From NCBI RefSeq assembly GCF_002105155.1, contig NW_019029003.1, forward strand, positions 186,001-250,000: a DNA stretch of 64,000 nucleotides, in the 5' to 3' direction. Positions 52,992 to 64,000 of the stretch are shown piece by piece. Source of the DNA: Lobosporangium transversale (taxonomy: Eukaryota). Within the stretch, counting starts at the first letter, position 1. Each line of letters starts with the position of its first letter. Made by a program: the position numbers and the translations under genes. The notes below the pieces were generated by a model. The model was not told where the DNA came from and ran no database searches. It saw only the letters and a program-made list of their open reading frames with translations.

Positions 52992-55334
52992 ATGCTCTCT
53001 CTTCGACGTGCTCTCCTGGCGCTGAGCATAGCGATCCCATGTTTGAGCTCCATACACGCCCAGGAAGCGCCTACACCAGTTGGTGCGATGGCCTTCGCTC
53101 GAGTTGGCAACTACTTTTTCGTTCATAGTGGCTCGACATACAACGATGACTTGGTTCAGCAATTTTACGCACTCGACTTGACAAAAACATGGCCAGCAAA
53201 CCAGCCCATCTGGATTTCTTTACCACCTGGTCCATACAATGGTTACCATACTGCAGGCTATTCTTCTGACAATAAGACCTTCTTTACGTTTGGACAGGAT
53301 ACAGGGGCATCTGCTAAAATGCTACCAGGTTACTGGCTCTTTAGCTATGATATCGCCACTAAGACCTGGACTTCCAACAATCCAAAAGAACTCGGAGATC
53401 CCTCACGCCGCGATATATTTGCTGTAACCAACCCATCCAGCAATCAAATCTATATTATTGGAGGCGATGCTGGTCTTGCAGGGGAGGAGCATTCGAATGC
53501 CTTTAATACATATGATGTCTCGACAGGAAAGTTAACAGAGATAATGACACCATCCACAGGCCCACAAAACGCATACACATATGCAGCTGTATGGGTATCC
53601 CATCTCTCATTGATGATGATGGTTGGAGGTCAGATTGGCTCTGCTCTTTCACAAACTCTGTGGATGTACAATCCAAAGACAGGAGGATGGTCAACACAGG
53701 TATGATATTGTTTACATTTTTCACCATTTTTTTTTCCCTCTTTTTGTTGTGCACGCACGGATGTGAATTGAAACAACAATAACAGTGATGTCTTTCTTGT
53801 ACGATTGGGCAATTATGCTAAATCTTAGAGCTCAACTGGACCATTCGACCATCAGCGTTTCTCACATTGTGCTGCAAGCAGTACGTATACAGTTTTATTC
53901 TTAATGGGATTAATTTTGGGCTCAATGTTTATGTCCCAATGCCTGCTCTCTGTCTTGCTTATGCTGCTTACTCATTGTAAACTGTAAAAAAATTTTCAAA
54001 AAATAGATGCTGACGGCAGTCTAGTTGCTGTTTTTGGCGGGTATCTTGGAAAGAATGCAAAGGTTGGTGATCCGAATGCGTACATCCTCAACACTGCAAC
54101 TTGGACTTGGACAACAGTCCCGTACAGCGGCCGAGGACGAGGTTTGTGTGCATGCACAATCGTTGACGATACGTTTATTGTCTGGGGAGGCTTTTATGAC
54201 AATCCCAGCAGTCCCAACGGCCTTCCCTCTGCTGCCGAATCAACACTCTTGCTGAGTTTGTCGACACAAAAGTGGCTCTCAACTTACACTCCTTCGCCTG
54301 CTCTGGCCCAGAGCAGCTCCAATCCTCCTCCTTGGGGAAATGGCGGTAATGGGGACAGTAACCCCAATAACTCAACTGATGGAAATAAGAATAAATCGAC
54401 CGACGACGCAAAGGGCGGTTTCCCAGCAGGAGCTATTGGTGGCATTGCTGCAGCAGCAGTAATCATTTTAATCGTAGGTGCCTTCCTCTTCCACCGACGC
54501 AACAAAAAGAAGCAACATGGCAGGAAATCGAACGTCCCTGACTATGAGTTCACCAAGGCAGAGGAGGGTGAGGGATCCACAAGAGGAAAACCATCGCTTG
54601 ATGGACCTCCTCAAAGACCTGCGCCACCACCTGGAAATCTGTCACCAGCTCTTTATGACTTTGATTCGCCTCCAGCTAATAATCTAGAGGTTCGGTTGAG
54701 CCAGCAGCAGCAATTGTTGCAGCAGCAACAACAGCTCATTCAACTACAGGAGCAGCAATTGTATCTTCAACAGCTGCAAGAGCAATTTCGACACTCGCCA
54801 GAGGAGGCTTACGCCGCTCAGCAACAATATCTACACTCAATCCAAACATCTCCTCAGCTATCACATATGTCAGAAGCTCGTCCTAGTGTTGAGGGCGGTT
54901 ACAACAGTGGATATTCAAGCTATTCGACCCCTTCAGCAGTGCCGCTCTTGTCAGTGCAAGATCCTAGTTCGGTTCAGGGAAGTATTTCGCCATACCAGCA
55001 ACAGCCTCAACTAAGTCCTGTATTTTCGGATGCCAGCAATGTGTATTACCCACCACCACCACTGCCATTGAATCAACAACAACAGCAGAGCTATTCCCCT
55101 AGCCAGTTAGGTCAGACCTACCCCTACAAAGTGCCAGCGGACGGGTCTGCGCTTGTTCAGCCCAACAGTCCTACCAGAAGCGATTACCATGACACATTTG
55201 GTATGAAGCACATGTCGATCATCTCGGATAGTTCAAGCACGAAAAATAGGCGGGTGAGTGCACCTCAAGGCGCCTATGTCGTTCCCTCCTCTCCTGGCCT
55301 GGATGGCAATGTTCCCCACACCATCCCAGAGTGA
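52992..55334 (+). CDS. Secreted Kelch beta-propeller single-pass membrane protein (paralog 2); exons 52992-53699, 53829-53880, 54007-55334
   Basis: Signal MLSLRRALLALSIAIPCLSSIHA; 'QFYALDLT', 'GPYNGYH', 'DPSRRD', 'IYIIGGD', 'SHCAAS', 'FIVWGG'; TM 'GAIGGIAAAAVIILIVGAFLF'; Q/P/Y-rich cytoplasmic tail. Confidence 0.88.
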
Positions 55335-55559
55335 GGGGGAGTCCTTTTATTTCATAATTTTTTAATTTTGCATAATCATTTAGCAATATTCATTACATAA
55401 TGCGATTAGGTGTAGACCATATCCTTTTAAACAAACCTGTACAGTTTTCTATGATCCCATTCCTTTCGTGGTCCTGAAAAAAAAAAAAAAAAAGACTTGT
55501 TTAACTGTGTGAATCATTGAATCATTAATTGGACGTCGCATCATATGCAAAATGAGAGT

Positions 55560-55591
<32 letters not shown>

Positions 55592-56227
55592 AGAGCTCAG
55601 TTGAATATCTACAGTATATAATGTCTTGAGGAATTTCCCCGAACCTGCATGTGCACGGAGATTTTTTGTGTACAAGAATAGCCGAGCCCGACTGGTCTGG
55701 ATTTTGTGAGAAAGCCAATCAATCATCTTATCCTTATTTAAATATATATAGATATTCATATATAAAATATTTATACATCGATCAAAAAGCTAGTGGCACA
55801 AGGCATAAAGGTTGTCCTTCAATCGACCAATCCAATGTCCTTGTACAGCAACCTTTTACTTGATTCAAATGGTTTCATCGAAGACCAGATTTCCCCGTCG
55901 AGCTTATTCAATAGAATTACAAACTCTTTTTCAAAAAGCCCTGGCTCTCATCCAGCGCTTCCCCAAAAACAACGAGCCATTGGTTATTAAGAAGGGCTTG
56001 AAGGCTGTCACTGCTTTGGAAACCATTTGAGTCAGGGCCATTTAGCAGCGGGTGCCACAGCTTGCGAGATTCGATATCTACTGCGTTCAAAAATAAAAAT
56101 CTCCATTATTTTGGCCACTGGCAACAGCCGTGAATAATCACGATTGCTTTTCTTAAAGGTAATCTGTGTTATGCTACTGTAGCTCCCAAGTCTTTATTAT
56201 CTAGAATAATAGCAATTATAAAACTAT

Positions 56228-57787
56228 TTAATTTGGCTTTGGGAAGTTTTTACCAAACATCCACCACAAAACACTTCTCTGCCTTAGAGGCAGCCATATG
56301 TTGTGAGTTTTGTATGGATGCACAAAGAAAGGAAGCGTAAGTGTATGGAAGAATGCCATCATTGACAGACCCAATGCTGTCCATATCCATCGACTTGAGC
56401 GACCTCCCTTATTATATGTGTCTTTGATCCAAGCACCCACAGGCGTCATTTCCACTGTTCTTGTCAGTACCACTGCAATACCCTGAAGAGTAAAATAGAG
56501 CAATTGGCTCCATATGGGCTCACGCCAGACAGCGTAAACAATATAGGCACGTAAGATGGCTGACAGAGCAAAGACTGAGAGAGCTGGGAGGGCTTGCCTT
56601 AGCACCTTAGCAAACGCATGACCAAGACGATCTGGACCAAGATGCTGCTTGCAATATCGCTGTACAGGAAGGAACCCAAGATCAACCCATAGGTATCGAA
56701 AAACGGTTTGCCAATTCCTCCAGAAATCAACAGGCGTCAATGCAAAGCACGGAAGTCTGTTCTCCAGCATGCTCCATTCTTTGGTGCTGAGACGTCGACC
56801 TGTGCACATGGAATAGATCATGGCCACGGTCACATAGATCCAGAGGAGATGGATCATGATAAATATTCCAATGGCAGACATACATAGCCCATAATGGAGG
56901 ATAGGTAGTTGATCCAGTCCGTCGGATGTGTACTGGGATATATAGTAAATATCATAGTCAAGAATAAGATTGTACACAAAGCTCACTGGAACGAGGTCCT
57001 GCCAGCGTAGCCACTTTCCACCTGGATGTGACGAGAATCGACGAAAAGGAAACCATAATTCCATTTTGAGCCGATCCATATCCCACATCAAAAAGTTGTC
57101 ATCTACTAAAGACTTGCTCAAAAGTGACGAAGTTGAAGGTGAGTTTGAAGCAGAGGTGGATAATGGGGAGGAGTCCGCGTTGCTAGTTGGTCTGTCTTTT
57201 TCGTTTAGATCTTTTTTGGATCGTGCTGTTGAGTTCAATGTTGAAGTTGTGGATGGGCTGTTTAAATAGTAGCGACTAGGGATTCCAGTCCAGGGCTGAA
57301 CATAGTAGAGATCCACCATCCTTGTTCCAGTCGCAATGGCTATTACGGATATGCACATCTGTCCTAATTCAGAAGGATTGTTAAACAGCAAGGGTTCAAG
57401 TAATAATATAGCCAAGAGTGGAAAAGCTACAAACTGTTTCCTACGGGTAGTACGAGGAAAAGGCGACATCAACAAGAGGAAAAGTGAATTAAGACAAAAG
57501 AAGAAGACGCCAAAGAAGAGGTGAGAGGATATGGTCTTTTGAGGAGGAAGTAGATCTTGATTAGGCCTGGTGGTGACTAAGGCGAAGAGATGACTCTCAG
57601 TTGTGTAGGTCCACTTCCAAGTCAAAGGATTGAGCCATGAAAACTCGGATTCCTCGGCCGCTGCCGCTACAGCATTTGCAATGAAGACAGCGGCATAGGA
57701 GGGAAATGCTGAGGCGGCATCGTAAGTTGACCTTGTCTGATTAGAAAATAGTTGCGAAATAAGTGACGAGAACTGGACGGAGGCCAT
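56228..57787 (-). CDS. MBOAT family (wax-synthase-like) protein, paralog of 23263-24741; catalytic His replaced by Arg
   Basis: Shares 'RMVDLYYVxPW', 'P.dFWR.W...F...WVDLGF.PV', 'LP...VF..S' and 'F..QG' with paralog 1, but reads 'SAILRAY' where paralog 1 has 'SGLMHEM'. Confidence 0.82.
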   Translation of the reverse strand: MASVQFSSLISQLFSNQTRSTYDAASAFPSYAAVFIANAVAAAAEESEFSWLNPLTWKWTYTTESHLFALVTTRPNQDLLPPQKTISSHLFFGVFFFCLNSLFLLLMSPFPRTTRRKQFVAFPLLAILLLEPLLFNNPSELGQMCISVIAIATGTRMVDLYYVQPWTGIPSRYYLNSPSTTSTLNSTARSKKDLNEKDRPTSNADSSPLSTSASNSPSTSSLLSKSLVDDNFLMWDMDRLKMELWFPFRRFSSHPGGKWLRWQDLVPVSFVYNLILDYDIYYISQYTSDGLDQLPILHYGLCMSAIGIFIMIHLLWIYVTVAMIYSMCTGRRLSTKEWSMLENRLPCFALTPVDFWRNWQTVFRYLWVDLGFLPVQRYCKQHLGPDRLGHAFAKVLRQALPALSVFALSAILRAYIVYAVWREPIWSQLLYFTLQGIAVVLTRTVEMTPVGAWIKDTYNKGGRSSRWIWTALGLSMMAFFHTLTLPFFVHPYKTHNIWLPLRQRSVLWWMFGKNFPKPN

Positions 57788-57912
57788 TGATATAGGGAAA
57801 TAATCAAAGTTGATAAGAAGGAGCAATAAAGAGAATTCAAATGGCAGACAAGATCGACCTGTGCAGAACGCGTCTGTGTGACAGGGGCCTTCCGATTACA
57901 AACTACAAAATA

Positions 57913-58309
57913 CAGCGTTTTTAATTGTTTTATCCATTTTAAAATAAACTTTATCGGTTTTTTTTTAAAATTGTTCCAATGAATAAAAAAATTTATCCAA
58001 AGGTAAGTTAAAAAGTTGGCCGAAAAGGGCTGAGAAATTTATCCAAGTGTTTGCAAATTTTGTCCAAGTGGTCATGCGGAATTAACCATGACTTTTGTGG
58101 GACATGGAAAAGGACATGGTGTTTGGATATTTGTTACAGTCGGTTCGGTTATTATGTTTGAAAAAATGGATAATATTTCAGACACATTCGGATAACTTAT
58201 AGGATAATTTTATTAGCTTAAATGGATAAAGCTTATTTCCCATCGGAGCAATGCAAATTGAAAATGGATAAATGTTTTTTTAAAATGGATAAAACAATTA
58301 AAAACGCTG
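57913..58309. mobile_element. 397-bp MITE / foldback non-autonomous DNA transposon
   Basis: Perfect 32-bp TIR CAGCGTTTTTAATTGTTTTATCCATTTTAAAA; TA on both flanks (57911-12, 58310-11); internal TTATCCA / TGGATAA subterminal repeats; AT-rich and non-coding. Confidence 0.9.
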
Positions 58310-58988
58310 TAAATAAATAAATAAAAAAAAAAAAAGGTTTAAAAATGAAGGCTATTTTTTGATTGTCTGTTGTAGCATGTGTTAATGACATGAAATGAAT
58401 GATGAAACAAAATGAGAGAAAGAAAGAATTGATGATGCCAGGGTTTACTTGGAGCCAACTGTCAAAAACAGAAAGAGAGGGCAAATTGTGCCTGCGTATG
58501 CGGTGTACGCAAAAAAAGGATGGCAAGAAGCCGTTAACAAAACTGTACATGTACAGTACAGTTATTTTTCACGTACAAGAGATCTGTTGCGCAGTTAGAC
58601 GGTTTGATAAACAAATACAGCAAACATGTTCCTTGATTATTGCTGCTCCTTATCGGCCAATAGATCTTCGCTTGCTTGTTATCGTCACCCTGTGTGATCA
58701 GGCTGAACTAAAAAGCTACTGTCGAAAATGAGGTAGATGTTCTCACACAGACACACCCTCCGGTACTCAGACCGATTGATCATCATTCAGCTGGCGTTGG
58801 GACTAAAAATATATGATGTCGAGCCTTTTTTTTTTTTTTTTTTTTTTTTTTTCATTTCAAATAGTCATTACAATACATTCTATTTCTTAAATAATCACCA
58901 TCATTAATTCATCCATTCGGTTTCACATTCTTCTTCACTCGGCTTTGCACTAAATCAAAGATAAAAGGAAATATCCATAGTGTACGCC

Positions 58989-59857
58989 ATGACTTTGCCA
59001 GAGTCTCAATTCCCTATCCGCTGCCGTGGCCTTCTCTTTGACATGGTAAAAAAAATACTTGTTTCTGACTTTACGCTTTGCAATTGTTTCTTCTCCCAAC
59101 TGATACAGTTGCAACTTTTTTGATCTCATCTTGATCCTAAATCATTAATGCCTCGTGCGTGTATAAAGATTTTTTTTGCTGACAAAGTGGCCCATTAATC
59201 CTACCAACTTAGGATGGTACTTTGATCGACACAACGGTCATTGTAGAACGCCATTGGAAGATTTGGTGCGAAGGTCATGGTGTTGAATTTGAGCAATTGA
59301 TCGCCACCTCTCATGGTCGTCCTTCATTCGAGATAATGAAACAATGGGCTCCTGCACACCTCCAAAAGGAATATCAAACACCAGAATATTGCCGAAAGTT
59401 GGAAGAGAATGTTGCTAACGACAAGGATGGTATGCTCATCGTCCCAGGAGTCACTGAATTGCTCAAGTCTCTCCCACGCAATGTTTGGGCTGTAGTGACC
59501 AGTGCAGGCTTGGATATGGCGAAGCTGCGCTTTCTACAGACTGGGCTGGAGACTCCACCTGTCTTGATCTCAGCTAATCATGTAACTCGTGGAAAGCCTC
59601 ACCCCGAAGGTTACATGGCTGCAGCTTCTCAACTAGGGCTTGATCCAAAAGATTGTGTTGTCTTTGAGGATGCTCCTGCAGGTGTCCGTGCTGGTGTAGC
59701 CTCAGGTGCCAAGGCTGTGATTGGCTTAAACACTGGGACCATGCCGTTGGAACACTTGATTGAAGCTGGTGCTAATCCCATTGTCAAGAGCTTTGAGGAG
59801 TTAGATATCAAGGTTGGAGAGGATGGCTGGATCGAAATAAATAGGAGGCAGGTATAG
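58989..59857 (+). CDS. HAD-superfamily sugar/glycerol phosphatase (Gpp/Dog-like); exons 58989-59045, 59213-59857
   Basis: Motif I 'LLFDM|DGTLIDT', 'SHGR', motif II 'WAVVTS', 'GKPHPEGY', 'VVFEDAPAG'. Confidence 0.9.
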
Positions 59858-60274
59858 ACAGACTAGATGGAGCATGGTGATGAAAATAATGCATCAATTA
59901 CGAGCAGTAAGCAATACATTGGTGTAATTGTCCTAATTAAAGAAAAATGTGGCGTAAGGGCAAATAAAAGTCTTATCACAAGAAACTCATTATCCTGAAG
60001 AAATTGTGGAAGTTTGGCTAGACCAGAACGCCATTTCGAGCCGCTTTTTTCTTTTTAAGCATGTCCACATTTTCTACGGGCGAAAAACCTGTTCGTTGGT
60101 TAAATTGCAGCTGGATTGGTGTTAGATCCAGATTCGTATATTAGTGAATAGAATATCAATGTGCAATTCAGTCAGCAAAGCTGTACGAGGTAAATGTATG
60201 TAAATACTTCAAAAAAAAAAAAAAAAAAAAAAAAAATTCATGGAAGAGCCAAACAACGCGTTCTCATTTTCTTA

Positions 60275-61369
60275 CAACAGAGCAGACGTTTGGACGAAAT
60301 CATTTTCATCTTAAATAAAGCATCATTATTCAGACATCATGAGTAAATGTATCGTCAATGTAATGTATCCTGCAGGCATAAAAGGCGTAGAAACCATATT
60401 TAATCCCAGCATTTATAGAACAACAACCGTAATAATATCAAAGCATTTCAAGGAAGAAGCACCACCGCTCGCGCTCCGCCCCCAGGACAGCCCAAAACGC
60501 TGATGTCAGGAGCATTGCCCGCCACACAGAGGGAGAAAGGAGAGACCGCTCCTAAGGACGTTATAAGTAATTACCGGATAAAGTGAGTAAGAGAGCAGTT
60601 ACAAAGGTACCGCATCTGCTGAGTATTTCCAACTGGAACACAACCTTTAAATGAAAAGCACAAGAAGAGGCGGTTAGATCTTGACAATAAATATAGGAAC
60701 TGGCCCAAGGAAGGTTGGAATCAGGAGGTTTGGCCTGGTATCATCTCTTGAAGTTGATGGGCACGTTCGTCATAAAAGGGTTTGGCATACGACGGAGAAG
60801 GAGCACGAGCACGGTTGCCTTGCATCCGCTTTCAAGAATGGTGGAACGACTCTGATAGTCTGGAGAGACCACAACATCCAGAAAGCTCCGCATGGTCATA
60901 TTTGAACGAGGCTCAGCTAAATTAGCTTGGTATATGACTAAGATGGAGGGTATTCCATGAAGGACAATACGCTAGTTCATACTTGCAAGGTTGTTAAGGA
61001 ATGGTATGAAAAGAATAGTGTTTCATGGATTCCAGACTGACCAGGATGCTCCCCAGATTTGAAAACCATTGGACATCTGGCCACTTCTCATGATAAGCGC
61101 ATCAAAGAGCCAAGGGATCTTCCCACTCTCACACTAGTTCTTATTGAAGAATAGCACAGGGGAAGCTAACCAATCTTGTTAATTTCACGTCCAAGAGGCT
61201 AGAGAGAGTGAAGGAGGCAAAGGTGAGATCAGTCGTTATTGAAGTCACACAACGCTTTCATCATTCATATAGTAATTTTATCAACCTCTCTAACGAAAGT
61301 ATAAAGGTCTATGTCGATCGGTAAAATTTTTCTGTGTGTCTATTATTTGTCAAGACTTCCAGATGGTTG
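60275..61369 (+). pseudogene. Degenerate Tc1 element related to the intact copy at 43966-45301
   Basis: Fragments 'GCLASAFKNGGTTLIVW', 'MKDNTLVHTCKVVKEWYEKNSVSWIPD*PGCSPDLKTIGH' and 'PRDLPTLT..LIEE' align with the intact transposase. Eroded TIR-like ends near 60275 and 61369. Confidence 0.85.
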
Positions 61370-61829
61370 TACAATACAAAAGTGGATGGATGGAATTCCC
61401 CTCATCTGGATAGTTTGAGAATTCCACTGTCTCCTTAGTTATTGGATCTGAATAATTCAGGGAACATTTAGACTCTGTTTAAGAACCCCTCCAAACAATT
61501 ATGTGAAGCTTGACCACATTCTTATTTTATGGCGAGTAAATTACACACGACGCGTTTTCCTATTCTTTCTTTTTTCTCTTTCGTCTGTCTTCTTTTCTTT
61601 CGCTCTTTCTGACGCGCTTCTTTTCCTAGGCCTCCCTCCCCTTTTACAATTGCAACCAAAGGCTGTGTCCGCTTCATACGGCACGGCGCTTCTGATCCAA
61701 CCAATTACCTCATCACTTCTGTAATGTCAGATCTCGACAGTTTTCAGCATTCTGGGGCTCTATATATTTTTTAAGATCTCATATGTAATGTACCCATCTT
61801 CCCGCCTTCCTTTCTTCCTTTCTTTCTTT

Positions 61830-61867
<38 letters not shown>

Positions 61868-61925
61868 CTTCCCCCCTTCCCTTCCTTCTTTTCGTTCTTT
61901 CTTTCCTGTTCATTTAGTATCAATA

Positions 61926-64000
61926 ATGTCATCTCAACCATCAACGAAGCCATCAATCAAGAGCCACCGAGCCAATCGAAGCTCTGATTTCAGCCTTAAT
62001 ATTCATTCCAAGGATCCTCTCACCTTTTCATCCGCTCAGGGTCTAGGTATAGATAGCCACCAACATGGAGCTCCTTTATTAGTTGATTATAATATGATGG
62101 CTCAACAGCGTCAACCAAATTGTCATGGCAATCAAAAATATCAGCAACTGCCATCGCTAAGGGCATTCTCAGAGCTCTCATCACATATTCAGCAGGATCA
62201 CGTCCATGAACTAAATAGCAGTATTTATGATCGTGGTCATACTTTGTGTTACAGCGATACGTGTAAGCCGATAATGAATAGACACAAGTCTGGAGAAAAT
62301 AAGCGATATACTTCTGAAAGTACTACTCATCCTAATAATGTGCAGGATGATATAGCAGTGGACAGTTTGATTAATCACCATTGCCAGAGAGCGGATAGTT
62401 TGCTCGTTCATCATGAACGTGCACTGGGGTCAAGGAAGACGCCAATCATGCAGCTTACGAGTGGAGCAGCCTATCCGAGTCCTCCAAGCCTTCCTAGTCC
62501 TGAGGCAATAGTCTCTGCACAATTACCAACACCTTCTATCGCCCCTGCTGAGCCCTTAGAGCATGTTCAGGAGTCCAGCAGACCACCTATCTACCATGGA
62601 ACGAACAATCACCAGCTTGAAGGCCACTATGACCAAAATTTCTGTTCCAACCCATGGACCCAATCTCCTATCGAACAGGATCAGCAGATACAACGTCTTC
62701 CTTCCATATCTAGTCCTGAAGGCAGTGGGGACAGGAAGGTCGGTGCATCCCGCTTATGCCCATCTATGCTACATCTTGGTATACATTCGCCCCTGAGTTC
62801 AAACCAGCCCTCACCCGTCGAACCGTTCCAACCAATACACGTCTCAGCTTTTCAACAACATCACCATCATAACCAACACCAATATGAACCTCCTCTGTCG
62901 CCAAATTTACCATATAATCAAGAGACTAGTCCACTTATTTATCGCTCACGCCACCAGTATGATCCGTTTGCAGAGGCTGATGAAAACTTTACGAGGCCAT
63001 CCTCACTCTACACGCCGACTGCTCAAAGTTGTGGTCTCAAGTCAACACCTGTGTCTCTATGGAAGAAGACTGTCTGGGTAATTTTTACAGCATCAATTTT
63101 TCTGCTTCCGTACTGTGTCCTCAAGGCCTGTTTCCATCTTCAAGTATCTGCTGGAGCTTGGCAGACCTCTGTCACATATGGTATGCTCATGGCGGCGGAT
63201 TTCGTTGCGGTAATCTTGTTTTCAGCTTTAAACCGTCAAAAAACCAACCATCGTGTTAAGAATCGTGATTCCCATTGGATTGGCGTCAGCACAGGGATTC
63301 TGGCAGTCGGATACCGTGAGGATCCGATCTTGTTGGAAGGTTGTCTCAAAAGCCTGAGGGCCATGCGATATCAGCGGAATCAGCGAATATTGTTAGTGGT
63401 GGATGGAAACGAACCTCAGGACGAATACATGGCTCAGGTGTTCATGAAGGTCTTTAGAAAACAAGGCGCAGCTGTCTTTCGCCCTCAATTCCTTTGTATG
63501 GATAGGGCATCGGACGATAAAGAGCGAGGGGATTTGATTAGACAAATTGCGTACAATTCTGGTCCTGTTTGTGTGATGCAGCCTCATCGTAGCAAGCGAA
63601 GCGCAATGTATACTGGGTTTGCAGCACTTTTACAGCAGGGAGTAGACGCAGTTGTTGTGACAGATTCAGATACTTTCCTTGATCCGGCCGTCTGCAAAGG
63701 TAATTCATTAGTGAAGTCCCCCTCTCAAACAAATATCAAAGATATTCACAGGTACTAGCTTTTCAAAACAGAATTAGCATTCGCACTAGCAGAGTCCCCC
63801 ATCATTGGGGCCGCTACTGGGGACGTCCGGATCTACAATACGGGAACTTGGGTCTCATTCCTCTCCTCAGTTCGTTATTGGTTCGCGTTCAATCTGGAAC
63901 GAGGTGCTCAGTCCTACCATTCGGTCGTTAACTGCGTTTCAGGGCCTCTAGGGATCTATCGAATGTCAATCATCGCCGATGTAATGGACAAATGGGTTCA
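61926..64000 (+). CDS. Class I hyaluronan synthase-like glycosyltransferase (GT2), 3'-truncated by the window; intron 63700-63771
   Basis: Two TM segments, then 'VGYREDP..CLKSL..Y..RILLVVDGN', 'CVMQPHRSKRSAMYTGF', 'VTDSDT', 'GDVRIYN..WVSFLSSVRYWFAFNLERGAQS...VNCVSGPLGIYR'. GDDR and QxxRW motifs would lie beyond the window. Confidence 0.85.

Noticed and set aside
55780..56100. Short ORFs 55793 and 55812 downstream of MBOAT paralog 2
   Set aside because: No recognisable family signature.
57913..58309. TTATCCA motifs as bacterial DnaA boxes, or the element as hAT
   Set aside because: Not the full TTATCCACA, and enclosed by TIRs; no 8-bp TSD, only TA.

Overview
Intron-rich eukaryotic (fungal) genomic DNA. 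The gene families (F-box/RNI-LRR, Kelch-TM, LysM, AMT1-type MT-A70) and long poly-T intron tracts suggest an early-diverging fungus, probably Mortierellaceae; this is an inference. 1-34.8 kb is a compact housekeeping block: large RasGEF, F-box/LRR, riboflavin kinase, cystathionine gamma-synthase, aspartic protease, MBOAT acyltransferase, AMT1/MTA1-clade MT-A70 (DNA 6mA) methyltransferase, USP16/45-like deubiquitinase, HELLS/DDM1/Irc5 remodeler and Pop7/Rpp20. 35-64 kb is looser and rich in surface-protein genes and transposons. It holds two Kelch-TM paralogs, two secreted Pro/Thr-repeat proteins (one LysM) and a three-layer transposon nest at 43.76-48.84 kb: an outer inverted-repeat element with a decayed ORF, an intact intron-containing Crypton-like tyrosine recombinase gene, and an intact DD35E Tc1 element. 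It also holds a second MBOAT with His>Arg at the catalytic position, a 397-bp MITE, a HAD phosphatase and a decayed sister Tc1 copy. At the right edge is a class I hyaluronan-synthase-like GT2 gene whose motifs resemble chlorovirus/vertebrate HAS rather than fungal chitin synthases. Exon boundaries were read by eye; motif comparisons rely on recalled family consensus and need database confirmation.
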